A stretch of 64,000 nt of DNA from Phormidium sp. (GTDB taxonomy: Bacteria > Cyanobacteriota > Cyanobacteriia > Cyanobacteriales > Aerosakkonemataceae). The stretch is from assembly GCA_051013385.1 (NCBI GenBank), contig CP143273.1, positions 1,728,001-1,792,000 on the forward strand. Reading direction: 5' to 3'. Both the position numbers and the translations under genes were made by a program. Shown piece after piece: positions 1 to 9,623 of the stretch; the first letter of the stretch is position 1, and the number at the start of each line of letters is the position of its first letter. The notes under the pieces were generated by a model that was given only the letters and a program-made list of their open reading frames with translations, was not told where the DNA came from and ran no database searches.

Positions 1-2
1 CG

Positions 3-191
3 CCAGAAATTCAAGCACGAATCTTTGACCCATTCTTTACTACTAAACCTGTGGGTCAAGGTACTGGTTTAGGATTAGCAATTAGTTATCAAGTAGTTGT
101 GGAAAAACATTTGGGTAATTTGCGCTGTCATTCTGTATCGGGTGAAGGGACAAACTTTACTGTAGAAATCCCCATTAAGCAAAAACCTTAA
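3..191 (+). CDS. Sensor histidine kinase, C-terminal HATPase fragment (5' truncated by window)
   Basis: Manual translation [32 protein letters not shown] (F and G2 boxes). Confidence 0.9.
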   Translation, partial: PEIQARIFDPFFTTKPVGQGTGLGLAISYQVVVEKHLGNLRCHSVSGEGTNFTVEIPIKQKP

Positions 192-390
192 AAACCCTAG
201 CAGGATAAATGACTAATTACACAAACAACTTTGACCGATCCGGAAAGATTTAGTTAAAATTATGTGATCTTTAGTTCTAACAAAATCTTTCTTTTATAAC
301 TAATTGACTTCCCTAGTTTTTCCCGATCGCTTCCTAAATTGATAACTAACCAAAAAATACTATTCGGCAAAATATACTTAAATAAAAAAA

Positions 391-603
391 ATGGAAGCGA
401 TTCGGTTAAGAAAACTAGTTAACTTTTTACAAGAGGAGTTAAAAATTCCCGCTAACTCCCTTTCCCTAGCCCTGCGGCACTGCGAACAGTCTGCCACATC
501 TTTACCCATGATACTTTGGCAGTATGGGTTAGTCAGTCTCAATCAATTAGAAAAAATCTTTGATTGGTTAGAAACAGCAGCAATTCCTGCGTCTTTGCAT
601 TAG
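391..603 (+). CDS. DUF2949-type small cyanobacterial protein
   Basis: LPMILWQYGLVSLNQLEKIFDWLE motif. Confidence 0.8.
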   Translation: MEAIRLRKLVNFLQEELKIPANSLSLALRHCEQSATSLPMILWQYGLVSLNQLEKIFDWLETAAIPASLH

Positions 604-745
604 TAAATTCTCAATTATTGATATTGCTTTGAGATGGAGATAAAATCTCTTCTCAAAGTAATATAAAATTAACAAAAAACTAAATCTATCTTAGGGAAGA
701 TGTATTAAATAGTGATATGCTGCTGTGAGCAGAGTTAGATTCACT

Positions 746-982
746 ATGAAAAAAGTATTTTGGAAAGTAGAAACTTGCCCCAAATGCACCTCTTTTGCGG
801 TCAAAAGCTTAGATGAGTTTTGGGGATGTTTGAATTGTGCCGACTTGTCAGAAACCGCAATTAATAACTTTTTAGCTGGGAATTGTGCTTTTTGCGGCAA
901 ACCGATAATTCCTCTTATGGATGCTTGCTTATGCTGCGGCAATCAGCCAAAGTATTTAAGTACAGCACTAAAAAATTATTAA
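746..982 (+). CDS. Small Cys-rich zinc-ribbon protein
   Basis: Four CxxC pairs; ATG at 746. Confidence 0.55.
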   Translation: MKKVFWKVETCPKCTSFAVKSLDEFWGCLNCADLSETAINNFLAGNCAFCGKPIIPLMDACLCCGNQPKYLSTALKNY

Positions 983-1044
983 TTCAGTTTATTGTCATTT
1001 GTCATTGGTCATTTGCCAAAGTATAGTATTAATTTGCTTAACTA

Positions 1045-1479
1045 ATGACCAATGACCAACAACTAATGACTATGCAAAAATTCACCACGCAACTAAGGGT
1101 AAGACATTATGAAATGGATGCTCTTGGTCATGTAAATAATGCAGTTTATCAACATTATTTGGAACAAGCTGCGATCGAACATTCGGAACATTTAGGTTTT
1201 ACAGTCGCCCGTTACCGAGAGTTAGGCGGTGTATTTGTAATGCGGCGAGTTGAAATTGATTATCTGCGTCCTGCTGCTTCCGGCGATATTTTAGAAATTA
1301 CCACTTGGGTAAAAGAAATACGGGGAACTCGCAGCAAAAGGCATTATGAAATCCGTCTTTTGGGGGAAGAAGATTTAGTCGTAAAAGCTGAAGCTTTATG
1401 GGTATGGGTGGATGCGGCAACTATGCGACCTCGACCCATTCCAGAGGAACTATTAACAGCATTTATGCAACAAGAGTAA
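1045..1479 (+). CDS. Acyl-CoA thioesterase (4HBT/YbgC hot-dog fold)
   Basis: EMDALGHVNNAVY motif. Confidence 0.9.
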   Translation: MTNDQQLMTMQKFTTQLRVRHYEMDALGHVNNAVYQHYLEQAAIEHSEHLGFTVARYRELGGVFVMRRVEIDYLRPAASGDILEITTWVKEIRGTRSKRHYEIRLLGEEDLVVKAEALWVWVDAATMRPRPIPEELLTAFMQQE

Positions 1480-1489
1480 ACGTTTAGTT

Positions 1490-2017
1490 ATGCAGCAAAA
1501 TTTACCTACTGTGATTGAGGAAGTTTTCCGCAAAAACAACAGACCAGAAGCAGTATTTGCTGCTTTGTTACCTGCGTTGGGTGAGGTGTTAAAGTGCGAT
1601 CGCTTTTTCCTATATTTAAGAAATCCTCATACCCAAATTGGTAAAACCGCTTTCTGTTGGCGACGGAGTTCTGATTATCCTGATGCTACTACCTCAGATT
1701 GGCAAAAAGAACCTGAATCATTACCAGATGAAGACCCATTATTTGCCGCTGCATTGCATAATAAACCCTCGGTTTTTGTTGAAGATGTTGAGACAGCAAA
1801 CCCCACAATACTTAACAAAGATTTTGAACAGCAAAACTTCGGACATCGCGCCTTAATTCACGCTCATTTATGCCACAATAATTTATTGTGGGGAATTTTG
1901 CAACCTGCTATTTTCGGAAGACCAAGAACCTGGACTGAATTTGACCATTTGGTGATTGATGAAGTTACTAAAAAAATTACACCGATAGCTATTGATTATG
2001 TAAAATCTGAAATTTAG
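1490..2017 (+). CDS. GAF domain protein
   Basis: LKCDRFFLY...LWGILQ...PRTWT GAF pattern. Confidence 0.75.
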   Translation: MQQNLPTVIEEVFRKNNRPEAVFAALLPALGEVLKCDRFFLYLRNPHTQIGKTAFCWRRSSDYPDATTSDWQKEPESLPDEDPLFAAALHNKPSVFVEDVETANPTILNKDFEQQNFGHRALIHAHLCHNNLLWGILQPAIFGRPRTWTEFDHLVIDEVTKKITPIAIDYVKSEI

Positions 2018-2049
2018 ATCCCCGACAACTTCTGCGAAGTCGGGGATCT
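2016..2049. repeat. Dispersed palindromic repeat AGATCCCCGAC-n-GTCGGGGATCT (also ~19638-19670, ~26737-26769)
   Basis: Three near-identical hairpins in intergenic regions. Confidence 0.8.
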
Positions 2050-2289
2050 ATTGATAGTGAAATCCGTTTGCGCTGTTCCCGAATCGTTCGTTGCCAACTT
2101 TTCGATCGCTTTTCCATTTTAGGCGATCGCTAATCGGAAAAAAGAGAGTGCGATCGCGTAGCGTGCCAAGATTGCGTATCGCGTAGCGTGTTCTCTTGCA
2201 TATCGCTCTTTTTTGTTAGTACTTAAAACACTGGTGACTAGCTCGCTCTCAGGTAAACTATAATTATGCAGAGTTTCTGGAGTCTGACA

Positions 2290-2502
2290 ATGAAAGCCTA
2301 TAACTTTGATGCCGTTCTGGAATTGGTGGAAGAAATGTCGGATGAAGAACAGAAGATTCTCATCGATTTGATCGGGCAAAGATTAAAGGAAAAACGGAGA
2401 GATGAGATCGCTCTCAATATTGTTAGTGCTGAAAAAGAGTATTTGAATGGACAAGTATTCCGAGGCACAGTAAATGATATAATGGCGGAATTAAAACGAT
2501 GA
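2290..2502 (+). CDS. Putative antitoxin
   Basis: Small acidic ORF overlapping the start of the downstream toxin. Confidence 0.7.
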   Translation: MKAYNFDAVLELVEEMSDEEQKILIDLIGQRLKEKRRDEIALNIVSAEKEYLNGQVFRGTVNDIMAELKR

Positions 2503-2783
2503 GAACTCTTGTCTTAGCATCTTCTTTCAAACGAGCTTTCAAATCGTTAATCCGCCAAAAACCTGAAATGGAGGAAAAAATAGCTGCGCGATTAGAACTA
2601 TTAGTAAACGATCCATTTGATCCGTCACTTAAGACTCATAAGCTGAAAGGTAAGCTATCTGGTGCATGGGCTTGTACTGTAGAGTACGACTGTCGAATAG
2701 TATTTAATTTCCAGAAATATTCAGATTCAGATATCGAAGAAATACTTTTAATTGATATTGGTAGCCATGACGAAGTTTATTGA
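2499..2783 (+). CDS. RelE/YafQ-family mRNA interferase toxin
   Basis: KTHKLKGKL...DIGSHDEVY motif. Confidence 0.9.
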   Translation: MRTLVLASSFKRAFKSLIRQKPEMEEKIAARLELLVNDPFDPSLKTHKLKGKLSGAWACTVEYDCRIVFNFQKYSDSDIEEILLIDIGSHDEVY

Positions 2784-3002
2784 GTTCATCCTTTAAACAA
2801 AGGACGTAACTTTCTTCTCAATGAGGAGAATATAGAATTACTCTAAATCAATAAGCGATCGCACCTGAGAAAAATAAGAGTGCGTTCGCGTAGCGTGCCG
2901 TTAGGCATATCGCTGTTTCATTTTAGGCGATCGCTCATCTGAAAAAAGAGAGTGCGATCGCTTATCATAGAGATCGGATTAAACCTATTAACTCAATAGT
3001 CA

Positions 3003-3269
3003 ATGCAGATCACGGTTGAAATTCCTGATGAAATTGCTCAACGTCTAGACCAAAACTGGGGTACTCTCTCCCGTCGGCTCCTAGAAGTAATTGTTGCTGA
3101 TGCTTACAACTGTGGCAAAGTCAACACTGCGGAAGTGCGGCAAATACTTAATTTATCATCTCGCCTTGAAACTCACGCCTTTTTGAAGCGAATGGGTGTT
3201 TACCTGAACTATGACGAAGCAGAATTAGAACAAGATCTTCAAACTCTTCAGGAGTTTAGAGGAGAATGA
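3003..3269 (+). CDS. UPF0175-family antitoxin
   Basis: Sequence pattern and coupling to PIN gene. Confidence 0.8.
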   Translation: MQITVEIPDEIAQRLDQNWGTLSRRLLEVIVADAYNCGKVNTAEVRQILNLSSRLETHAFLKRMGVYLNYDEAELEQDLQTLQEFRGE

Positions 3270-3736
3270 TTGTAGTTTCTGACACTTCTGGAATTTGTTA
3301 TTTGTTGCTAATAAACCAGATTGAAATATTACCAGTTTTGTACAACTTTGTCACCATTCCTCAAACTGTGGCTGATGAATTGAGTGCATCATCATCGCCA
3401 CCTATAGTAATAAACTGGATTACTAACCCTCCCGATTGGCTTCAGATACAAGTGAGCGAAATTGTTCCAACTATTGAACTGGAAAAACTCGATCCGGGCG
3501 AACGAGAGGCTATTTTACTTGCAGAACAACTGAAAGCAGATTTGGTGATTTTGGACGACAAAGCAGCAAGACGAATTGCAATGGAACGTGGATTAAGAAT
3601 TATTGGGCTTCTGGGTATTTTGAAAGACGCTGCTAGATCGGGATTACTGGATTTAGAAACAAGTTTTGCACAGTTGCGAGAGGTTGGTTTTTGGGTTGCA
3701 CCGAGTTTGCTGGAACAATTGTTGACAGAAGAGTAG
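3266..3736 (+). CDS. DUF3368 PIN-domain toxin
   Basis: VVSDTS, LDPGEREAI, LDDKAAR motifs. Confidence 0.9.
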   Translation: MIVVSDTSGICYLLLINQIEILPVLYNFVTIPQTVADELSASSSPPIVINWITNPPDWLQIQVSEIVPTIELEKLDPGEREAILLAEQLKADLVILDDKAARRIAMERGLRIIGLLGILKDAARSGLLDLETSFAQLREVGFWVAPSLLEQLLTEE

Positions 3737-3884
3737 TTAAAAACTATAACTTGGGATCGCATTACAAAAAAAGAGCGATCGCACCTGAGAAAAAATCAAG
3801 TACAATCGCTTTTTCATTTCAGGCGATCGCTCATCTGAAAAAAGAGAGTGCGATCGCATTTTCAAGTAAGCTATATAATGCCTA

Positions 3885-4250
3885 CTACAACTTGTCAATT
3901 GTCACCAAACCGCCTTCAGTAAACTGTACTACAAGTTCATGTTCCTCTAGCAAGGCAGTTCCCAGTAAAGGTCTTCGCCCTGTTGCAAGTACACTAACTT
4001 CCCGTTCTTCCCCATTCCAGATCACAACTGCTTCATGGACTGGCAATAAAACTTCACTGTTGTCTGCTAAGTTTGCCGGAAGATCGTAGATGAAAGGAAA
4101 CCTCAATAATGAAACTGCTTCTGGGGGCAAGCAAAGATGTCCTGTAAATCCTGTATCGATGACAAATTCAATCGATATAGTTGAGCCGTTAGACAGGAGA
4201 AATGTCAAAGTGACAGTCGCGTGTCTATCAGTCACGATACCTGAAATCAC
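3885..4250 (-). CDS. Clan AA aspartic protease-like protein
   Basis: VIDTGF and PLLG motifs. Confidence 0.85.
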   Translation of the reverse strand: MISGIVTDRHATVTLTFLLSNGSTISIEFVIDTGFTGHLCLPPEAVSLLRFPFIYDLPANLADNSEVLLPVHEAVVIWNGEEREVSVLATGRRPLLGTALLEEHELVVQFTEGGLVTIDKL

Positions 4251-4519
4251 TTGGAAACACGCTCCATAACTCCACCGAATGATACAGCTACGTTGTATCC
4301 AATACGAATGCCGAAAAGACGAGCATTTGGATGTTTTTCGCCGAGTTTGCGGGCTGCTTTTAGCCCATTTTCATCTACTTCGTATTCTCCTGATTCAATG
4401 TCAATGATTGCCATCTTGCCTATGTTTTCATCCACTTCTACTTGTTGACGGATGCTGTTTTCGTACAGTTGTCTTGCACGTTTTGCCACTTCTTCACGAC
4501 TTAAAAGAATTACTTGCAT
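4247..4519 (-). CDS. Small partner protein of the aspartic protease
   Basis: ATG at 4519; GKMAIIDIESGEYEVD; overlaps protease start. Confidence 0.7.
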   Translation of the reverse strand: MQVILLSREEVAKRARQLYENSIRQQVEVDENIGKMAIIDIESGEYEVDENGLKAARKLGEKHPNARLFGIRIGYNVAVSFGGVMERVSK

Positions 4520-4811
4520 AGTTTCGCGCTTCCCGATCGCTACTCTGATTTCTAGGAACTTCTTTGCTTTATGATATCTTACGGCTAAACTGAATGGCGA
4601 TCGCATTACAAAAAAGAACGATACACCTAACGGCACGCTACGCGATCGCACCTGAGAAAAATAAGAGTGCGATCGCCTTTGGCGCTGCGCTACGCGAACC
4701 CACAAATTGCTGATGAAACTAATGAATTATGGTTTTCTGTTGCTAGTATCTGGGAAAATCATCATTTTTGCATGGTAAAATTAACACATAGTTCCTTTAA
4801 AATAGCTATCA

Positions 4812-5123
4812 ATGGCAATAGTTAACTTAGAATATATAGAAGTAACCCCCGGTGTGTGTGGCGGCAGACCCCGAATTGTAGGACATCGAATTACAGTGGC
4901 AGATATAGCAGTAATGTATATAAAGATGGGGTATTCTCTCGAAGAAATAGCAGGTAAATATGACTTACCCCTAGCTTCAGTTTATGCAGCAATGGCTTAT
5001 TATTTCGAGCATCGGGAAGAAATCGATCGCCGATTGAGAGAAGACGCTGAATTTGTAGAAGTATTTAAACAACAACATCCATCTAAATTGCAAACTAAGT
5101 TACAAAAAATGAGAAATGAGTGA
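4812..5123 (+). CDS. DUF433 antitoxin
   Basis: TPGVCGGRPRIVGHRITV. Confidence 0.9.
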   Translation: MAIVNLEYIEVTPGVCGGRPRIVGHRITVADIAVMYIKMGYSLEEIAGKYDLPLASVYAAMAYYFEHREEIDRRLREDAEFVEVFKQQHPSKLQTKLQKMRNE

Positions 5124-5451
5124 AAAAACTAAGTTTCATTTAAATGAAAGTGTCGATCCAGATATAGCAGTTGCGTTAATTAAGTATGGCATAGATGTAA
5201 CAACGGCAAAAACCGAAAATTTACTCGGTCAAAGTGATGAGGTACAGTTCGCCTTTTGTTGTCAACAACAGCGAGTGTTAATTACTCAAGATAGTGATTT
5301 TTTAATTATTGCTAGCCAAGATTTTCAGCATCCAGGTATAGTATATTATCAACCAGGAACTCGCTCTATAGGAGAAATTATTAGAGGGGTAATTCTAATT
5401 TATGAAGCTTTAAGTCCAGACGAAATGTATGGAAGCGTTGAATATATTTAA
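5116..5451 (+). CDS. DUF5615 PIN-like toxin
   Basis: RVLITQDSDF, HPGIV. Confidence 0.85.
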   Translation: MSEKTKFHLNESVDPDIAVALIKYGIDVTTAKTENLLGQSDEVQFAFCCQQQRVLITQDSDFLIIASQDFQHPGIVYYQPGTRSIGEIIRGVILIYEALSPDEMYGSVEYI

Positions 5452-5628
5452 AACAGCGATCGCAATACAAAAAATAGCGATCGCTAATCTGAAAAAAGAG
5501 AGTGCGATCGCACTACCAAAAAAAGTGCGATCGCGCTATTTTTTGAATTTTGCACAAGACTTAGTATCCGATCCATATTCCAACGAGTCGTTTGGTAACA
5601 TAGAAAGTAACTGCTTTCTTTGTTTGCC

Positions 5629-5973
5629 ATGACCCTAAAAGAATTAGAGCCTCAACTGCTAGCACTCTCCGATCGGGAAAAAGCTCAAGTCGTTCAACTT
5701 CTATCTCAGGGCAAAATCACTCTAGGGCGTGGTATTGAAAAAACGCCTGGGGTTTGTGGTGGGAGTGCCTGTATTGCTGGAACGCGCATCACTGTTTGGG
5801 GACTTGTAGAAGCTCGTCGGATTGGATATAGTGAAGCCGATTTACTCACAAGCTATCCATCGCTATCTGCAACCGATATTGCAAATGCTTGGGCCTACGC
5901 TGAAGCTTTCCCGGAGGAAATTGAAACAGAAATCCGGGAAAATGATGAAGTGATGTATGAGGATTTGCAGTAG
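5629..5973 (+). CDS. DUF433 antitoxin
   Basis: TPGVCGGSACIAGTRITV. Confidence 0.9.
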   Translation: MTLKELEPQLLALSDREKAQVVQLLSQGKITLGRGIEKTPGVCGGSACIAGTRITVWGLVEARRIGYSEADLLTSYPSLSATDIANAWAYAEAFPEEIETEIRENDEVMYEDLQ

Positions 5974-6321
5974 ATGGCGCGTCTGTATGCTGATGAGCAA
6001 TACCCCTATCCTGTTGTAGAATTCCTGCGAACTCTAGGACATGATGTTTTAACTGTTCAAGAAGCAGGTAAAGCAAATCAGGGAATTCCCGATCCAGATG
6101 TGTTAGCTTTTGCAACTAACGAGAAGCGTGCCGTCATTACCCAAAATCGTAAAGATTTTTTTCGGTTGCACCGCATACAGCCAGATCATGCTGGTATTAT
6201 CGCCTGTACGAACGACCGCGATTGGGAGGCGCTAGCTAACAGAATTCATGCTGCAATTACAGCAGAAGAACCTTTACAAGGCAAACTGATTCGCGTTGTG
6301 CGTCCTGCTGTGTCACTCTAA
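5974..6321 (+). CDS. DUF5615 PIN-like toxin
   Basis: LYADE, GHDV, ITQNRKDF, HAGII. Confidence 0.9.
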   Translation: MARLYADEQYPYPVVEFLRTLGHDVLTVQEAGKANQGIPDPDVLAFATNEKRAVITQNRKDFFRLHRIQPDHAGIIACTNDRDWEALANRIHAAITAEEPLQGKLIRVVRPAVSL

Positions 6322-6482
6322 GATTTAGGTAATTACAAATAGGCGATCGCACTTTTTTTGGGTAATGCGATCGCTCTCCATCCACTCATCCCATTGTTAT
6401 GCTAAAAATAGCTAAGATTGTGAGTGGAAATAGATGTTGGTTTTCCTTGGGTTAAACTAAGCTATAAGGAAGGGCGATCGCA

Positions 6483-7004
6483 TTAGTGCGAAATACTAAC
6501 ATTACCAGAAGTAACAGTACCAGCAAAACTATCAGTTGGTTGATTACAAAGCTTTAGTGCCTCTTCTCTTGAAAGATCTACAACACGGATCTTGTCAGGA
6601 TTTTGATCTCTTATACCAACGAATAACCATTTACCTGTTGCAACCATTCTGGAAGAACCACCAATGATTGGACCCGCAAGAGTACCAACAGGAATGGTGT
6701 TATTCAAAAGAAAACTTCCTACACACTCAGCTCTAGCAACCATTTGGAGACCATCTTGTTCTCCTCTATATGAAAATGTGCCAGAGCCATTTCCAGATGA
6801 GCCGCCGGAGGCATTAATATTATATAGGAATGTTTTGCCTCCCGCTCTGGCGCGACCAGATCCTTGGATAGTGGTGGATTCATGGAATGTTCGACTAAAT
6901 ACTGCTTGACTGGAGGCTAATTGTGACTGTGCAACTATTGCCGCCGTTGCGAACACACCAAATGTAAGAAAAACTTGAACTTTGTTTATGCGAACTGATT
7001 TCAT
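6483..7004 (-). CDS. Secreted hypothetical protein
   Basis: Signal-peptide-like N-terminus. Confidence 0.65.
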   Translation of the reverse strand: MKSVRINKVQVFLTFGVFATAAIVAQSQLASSQAVFSRTFHESTTIQGSGRARAGGKTFLYNINASGGSSGNGSGTFSYRGEQDGLQMVARAECVGSFLLNNTIPVGTLAGPIIGGSSRMVATGKWLFVGIRDQNPDKIRVVDLSREEALKLCNQPTDSFAGTVTSGNVSISH

Positions 7005-7184
7005 ACGAATTCTTTTTATTCAGCAACTAAATTGAGCAGTAATGAATAATCGAAAGGGATCTGCCTAACTTGTAATTAGACCGTAAATGTAGTCCAACAC
7101 ACTCTTACAGGGGATAAAACAGCAAAAGCTACAATGTTAGCGATAATGCTACGCATCACTTACGCGATCGCACTGTGTTGAATA

Positions 7185-7820
7185 TCAATTGAATCTTGTT
7201 GTATTGCCACCTCCTCCTAAATTATTGCCGTCTGGACTTTTGTATACTCCTGCTCCACTAAAAGTTGTAATCACGCTGTCTGTGCCATTGATGCCTGAAC
7301 CTCGATCGCACAACATTTTTTTGACAAGCTGAGTCCCGTCATACACTCTTGTAGTCCTGCCACCACCACCCGGATTTTGACCATCTGGACTGTAGTAAAT
7401 TCCTGCTCCGTCAAATGCTGTGTAGAGTCCTCCCCGGCATACTAACATTGCTACTACCTTTTGTCCTAAGTAGAGCCGTCTAGTGCTTCCACCGCCACCA
7501 AGGTTTTGACCATCTGGACTGCGATAAATTCCACCGTTTTCAAATGCTGTGTAGATTGCGCCGTTGTATTGAACTATCGCCAAAGTCTGTTGTTTACCAT
7601 CATAAACTCGTACAGGATTGCCCCCGTTTGCAGGATAGAAGAATATGTGACGGTTTGGCTCAATACGAAATGAGCCTGCTGCTCGTGTTACATCGATCGT
7701 ACTTTGTGCTTGAGCATTGGGTAAGCTGTTGCTACAAACACTAGACATGGTTGCTAGTAAAATCAACCCAGTTGCAAAAATACCTGAAAGTTGCTTGGGC
7801 TTAATCGTTTTGGTAATCAT
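7185..7820 (-). CDS. Secreted protein with three YxSPDGxNxGGGGxT repeats
   Basis: Signal peptide and internal repeats. Confidence 0.7.
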   Translation of the reverse strand: MITKTIKPKQLSGIFATGLILLATMSSVCSNSLPNAQAQSTIDVTRAAGSFRIEPNRHIFFYPANGGNPVRVYDGKQQTLAIVQYNGAIYTAFENGGIYRSPDGQNLGGGGSTRRLYLGQKVVAMLVCRGGLYTAFDGAGIYYSPDGQNPGGGGRTTRVYDGTQLVKKMLCDRGSGINGTDSVITTFSGAGVYKSPDGNNLGGGGNTTRFN

Positions 7821-7968
7821 TGAGAATAAACTTGCTCTCGATCCAGACTAGCAATTAATTTTTCTGTTTACGCTGGCAAAAAATCTGGTAATTATCGGGA
7901 CTTTTCCAATTCATGATCTGCTCGAAAATGGGAAAATATGGGGAAATGTTGGGAAATGTGGGGAAACA

Positions 7969-9402
7969 TTGGATACAATACCACCAACCAGATATGTACC
8001 TGACTGTATGAACCTTGAGGAAATGCTGAAACTCACAGACGAACTCGTATTTGCTAGAACAGGTAAGCACCTTAATGATTTGCAACAGATGATTATGCGA
8101 GGGACGTGGGAAAATGAGGAATACAAAGAAATTGCTCAAAAGGTTAAACTTTCCGAGGATCGTGTTAGAGAGGTAGGAATGGAATTATGGCAAATACTTT
8201 CACAAGAGTTGGGCGAAAAAGTTAAGAAATCAAATGTTAGATCGACAATGGAGAGGTTGCAAGTCTCCATATTTTCACATTTTGCACAAGACTATGTGCA
8301 AATTAGTACCGTTAACTTTTGTGGGGAAATTTTGCACCCACCAAATATCCCAAACTTACATCCACCTAAAGAGAAAACAGCTAACTCGAAACAAACTGAA
8401 ACTTCGCATCAAGATTTAAGCGAAATGCCGGAGTTAGGTACTTTTTATAATCGCACTCCCCAACTAGAAACCCTAAAAACATTAATCTTAGAACAACGCT
8501 GTCGCTTAATCACACTCACAGGAATCAGCGGTATCGGCAAAACTACATTAGCAGCGCAACTCGTACAACAAATAAAAGATGAATTTGACTATGTTATTTG
8601 GTGCAATTTTGAAACTTCTCCCACTTTAGCTGAATTTCAAGATAAACTAATCCAGTTTTTCTCACAACCAGAACAGTTAGATTCACCTGCAACTAACCAA
8701 AAACCTTTAACGTTACTTAAGTATTTACAAAAACATCGCTGTTTAGTAGTTATGGATGACATTCACAACCTTTTCAGTAGCGGTGAATTAGCAGGAAAGT
8801 ATAAACCTGGATATGAAGAATATCGCTGTTTATTTAAAAACATAGAAACATTATCTCATCAAAGTTGCTTTTTGTTAATTGGTTGGGAACAACCCAGAGA
8901 AGTGACTCAAGTTAAAAACCAAAATCCTGCTATTTGTACTTTACAACTTACTGGTTTAGATATTGAACCTGCACGGGAATTACTAAGAGATTACGGGTTA
9001 GGAGGAATTGAGAATTACTCAGCAATAATTGAACGCTACCAAGGCAACCCATTCTGGTTAAAAAGCGTGGGGAATCTGTTTCAAGAGTTGGGAGGAGGGG
9101 TAACTGAGATATTACAAAATGATACTATTTTATTACCGGAAGATTTGCAAGATAATTTACAGCAAACGGTTAGTCGCCTATCTGATTGGGAAAAAGAAGT
9201 GCTTTCTTTGATGGCAAGAGAAGGCGAGGGAATCAAATTGGTAAAATTACTAGAAAATGCCAAAATTCCCCCGGCAAATTTAGTTAATGTAGTGCAATCT
9301 TTATGGCGGCGCTGTTTGATAGAACAACAGGGAAATTGTTACATTTTGCCAGAGGTATGGAGGCAATATATTAAAGGTTTATGTAGGGACACGGCATCAT
9401 AG
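7969..9402 (+). CDS. wHTH + NB-ARC (STAND) ATPase
   Basis: GISGIGKT Walker A, LVVMDD Walker B, GNPFWL. Confidence 0.9.
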   Translation: MDTIPPTRYVPDCMNLEEMLKLTDELVFARTGKHLNDLQQMIMRGTWENEEYKEIAQKVKLSEDRVREVGMELWQILSQELGEKVKKSNVRSTMERLQVSIFSHFAQDYVQISTVNFCGEILHPPNIPNLHPPKEKTANSKQTETSHQDLSEMPELGTFYNRTPQLETLKTLILEQRCRLITLTGISGIGKTTLAAQLVQQIKDEFDYVIWCNFETSPTLAEFQDKLIQFFSQPEQLDSPATNQKPLTLLKYLQKHRCLVVMDDIHNLFSSGELAGKYKPGYEEYRCLFKNIETLSHQSCFLLIGWEQPREVTQVKNQNPAICTLQLTGLDIEPARELLRDYGLGGIENYSAIIERYQGNPFWLKSVGNLFQELGGGVTEILQNDTILLPEDLQDNLQQTVSRLSDWEKEVLSLMAREGEGIKLVKLLENAKIPPANLVNVVQSLWRRCLIEQQGNCYILPEVWRQYIKGLCRDTAS

Positions 9403-9623
9403 ATATTTTGGACAAACAGATGAAAATTAATCATGCCGTGTCCCTACGGGTAAATCCAGATCGTCGTTATGTAGGGACACGGCATCATAGATATTTTGGA
9501 CAAACAGATGAAAATTAATTATGCCGTGTCCCTACGGGTAAATCCAGATCGTCGTTATGTAGGGACACGGCATCATAGATATTTTGGACAAACAGATGAA
9601 AATTAATTATGCCGTGTCCCTAC
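9381..9623. repeat. 88-bp tandem repeat (~2.8 copies) of a REP-like GTAGGGACACGGCA...TGCCGTGTCCCTAC palindrome
   Basis: Units start at 9381, 9469, 9557. Confidence 0.9.

Larger units (their letters stand above)
2100..6375. repeat. HIP1-bounded spacer repeats (GCGATCGC-TMATCTGAAAAAAGAGAGT-GCGATCGC and GCGATCGCACCTGAGAAAAA) between two-gene cassettes
   Basis: Copies at ~2121, 2855, 2925, 3775, 3821, 4643, 5477, 6341. Confidence 0.85.

Noticed and set aside
4520..4705. N-terminal extension of ORF 4247-4705
   Set aside because: Runs through HIP1 repeats; ATG at 4519 is the plausible start
9381..9623. Possible CRISPR array
   Set aside because: The 'spacers' are identical; this is an 88-bp tandem REP-like repeat with no cas genes
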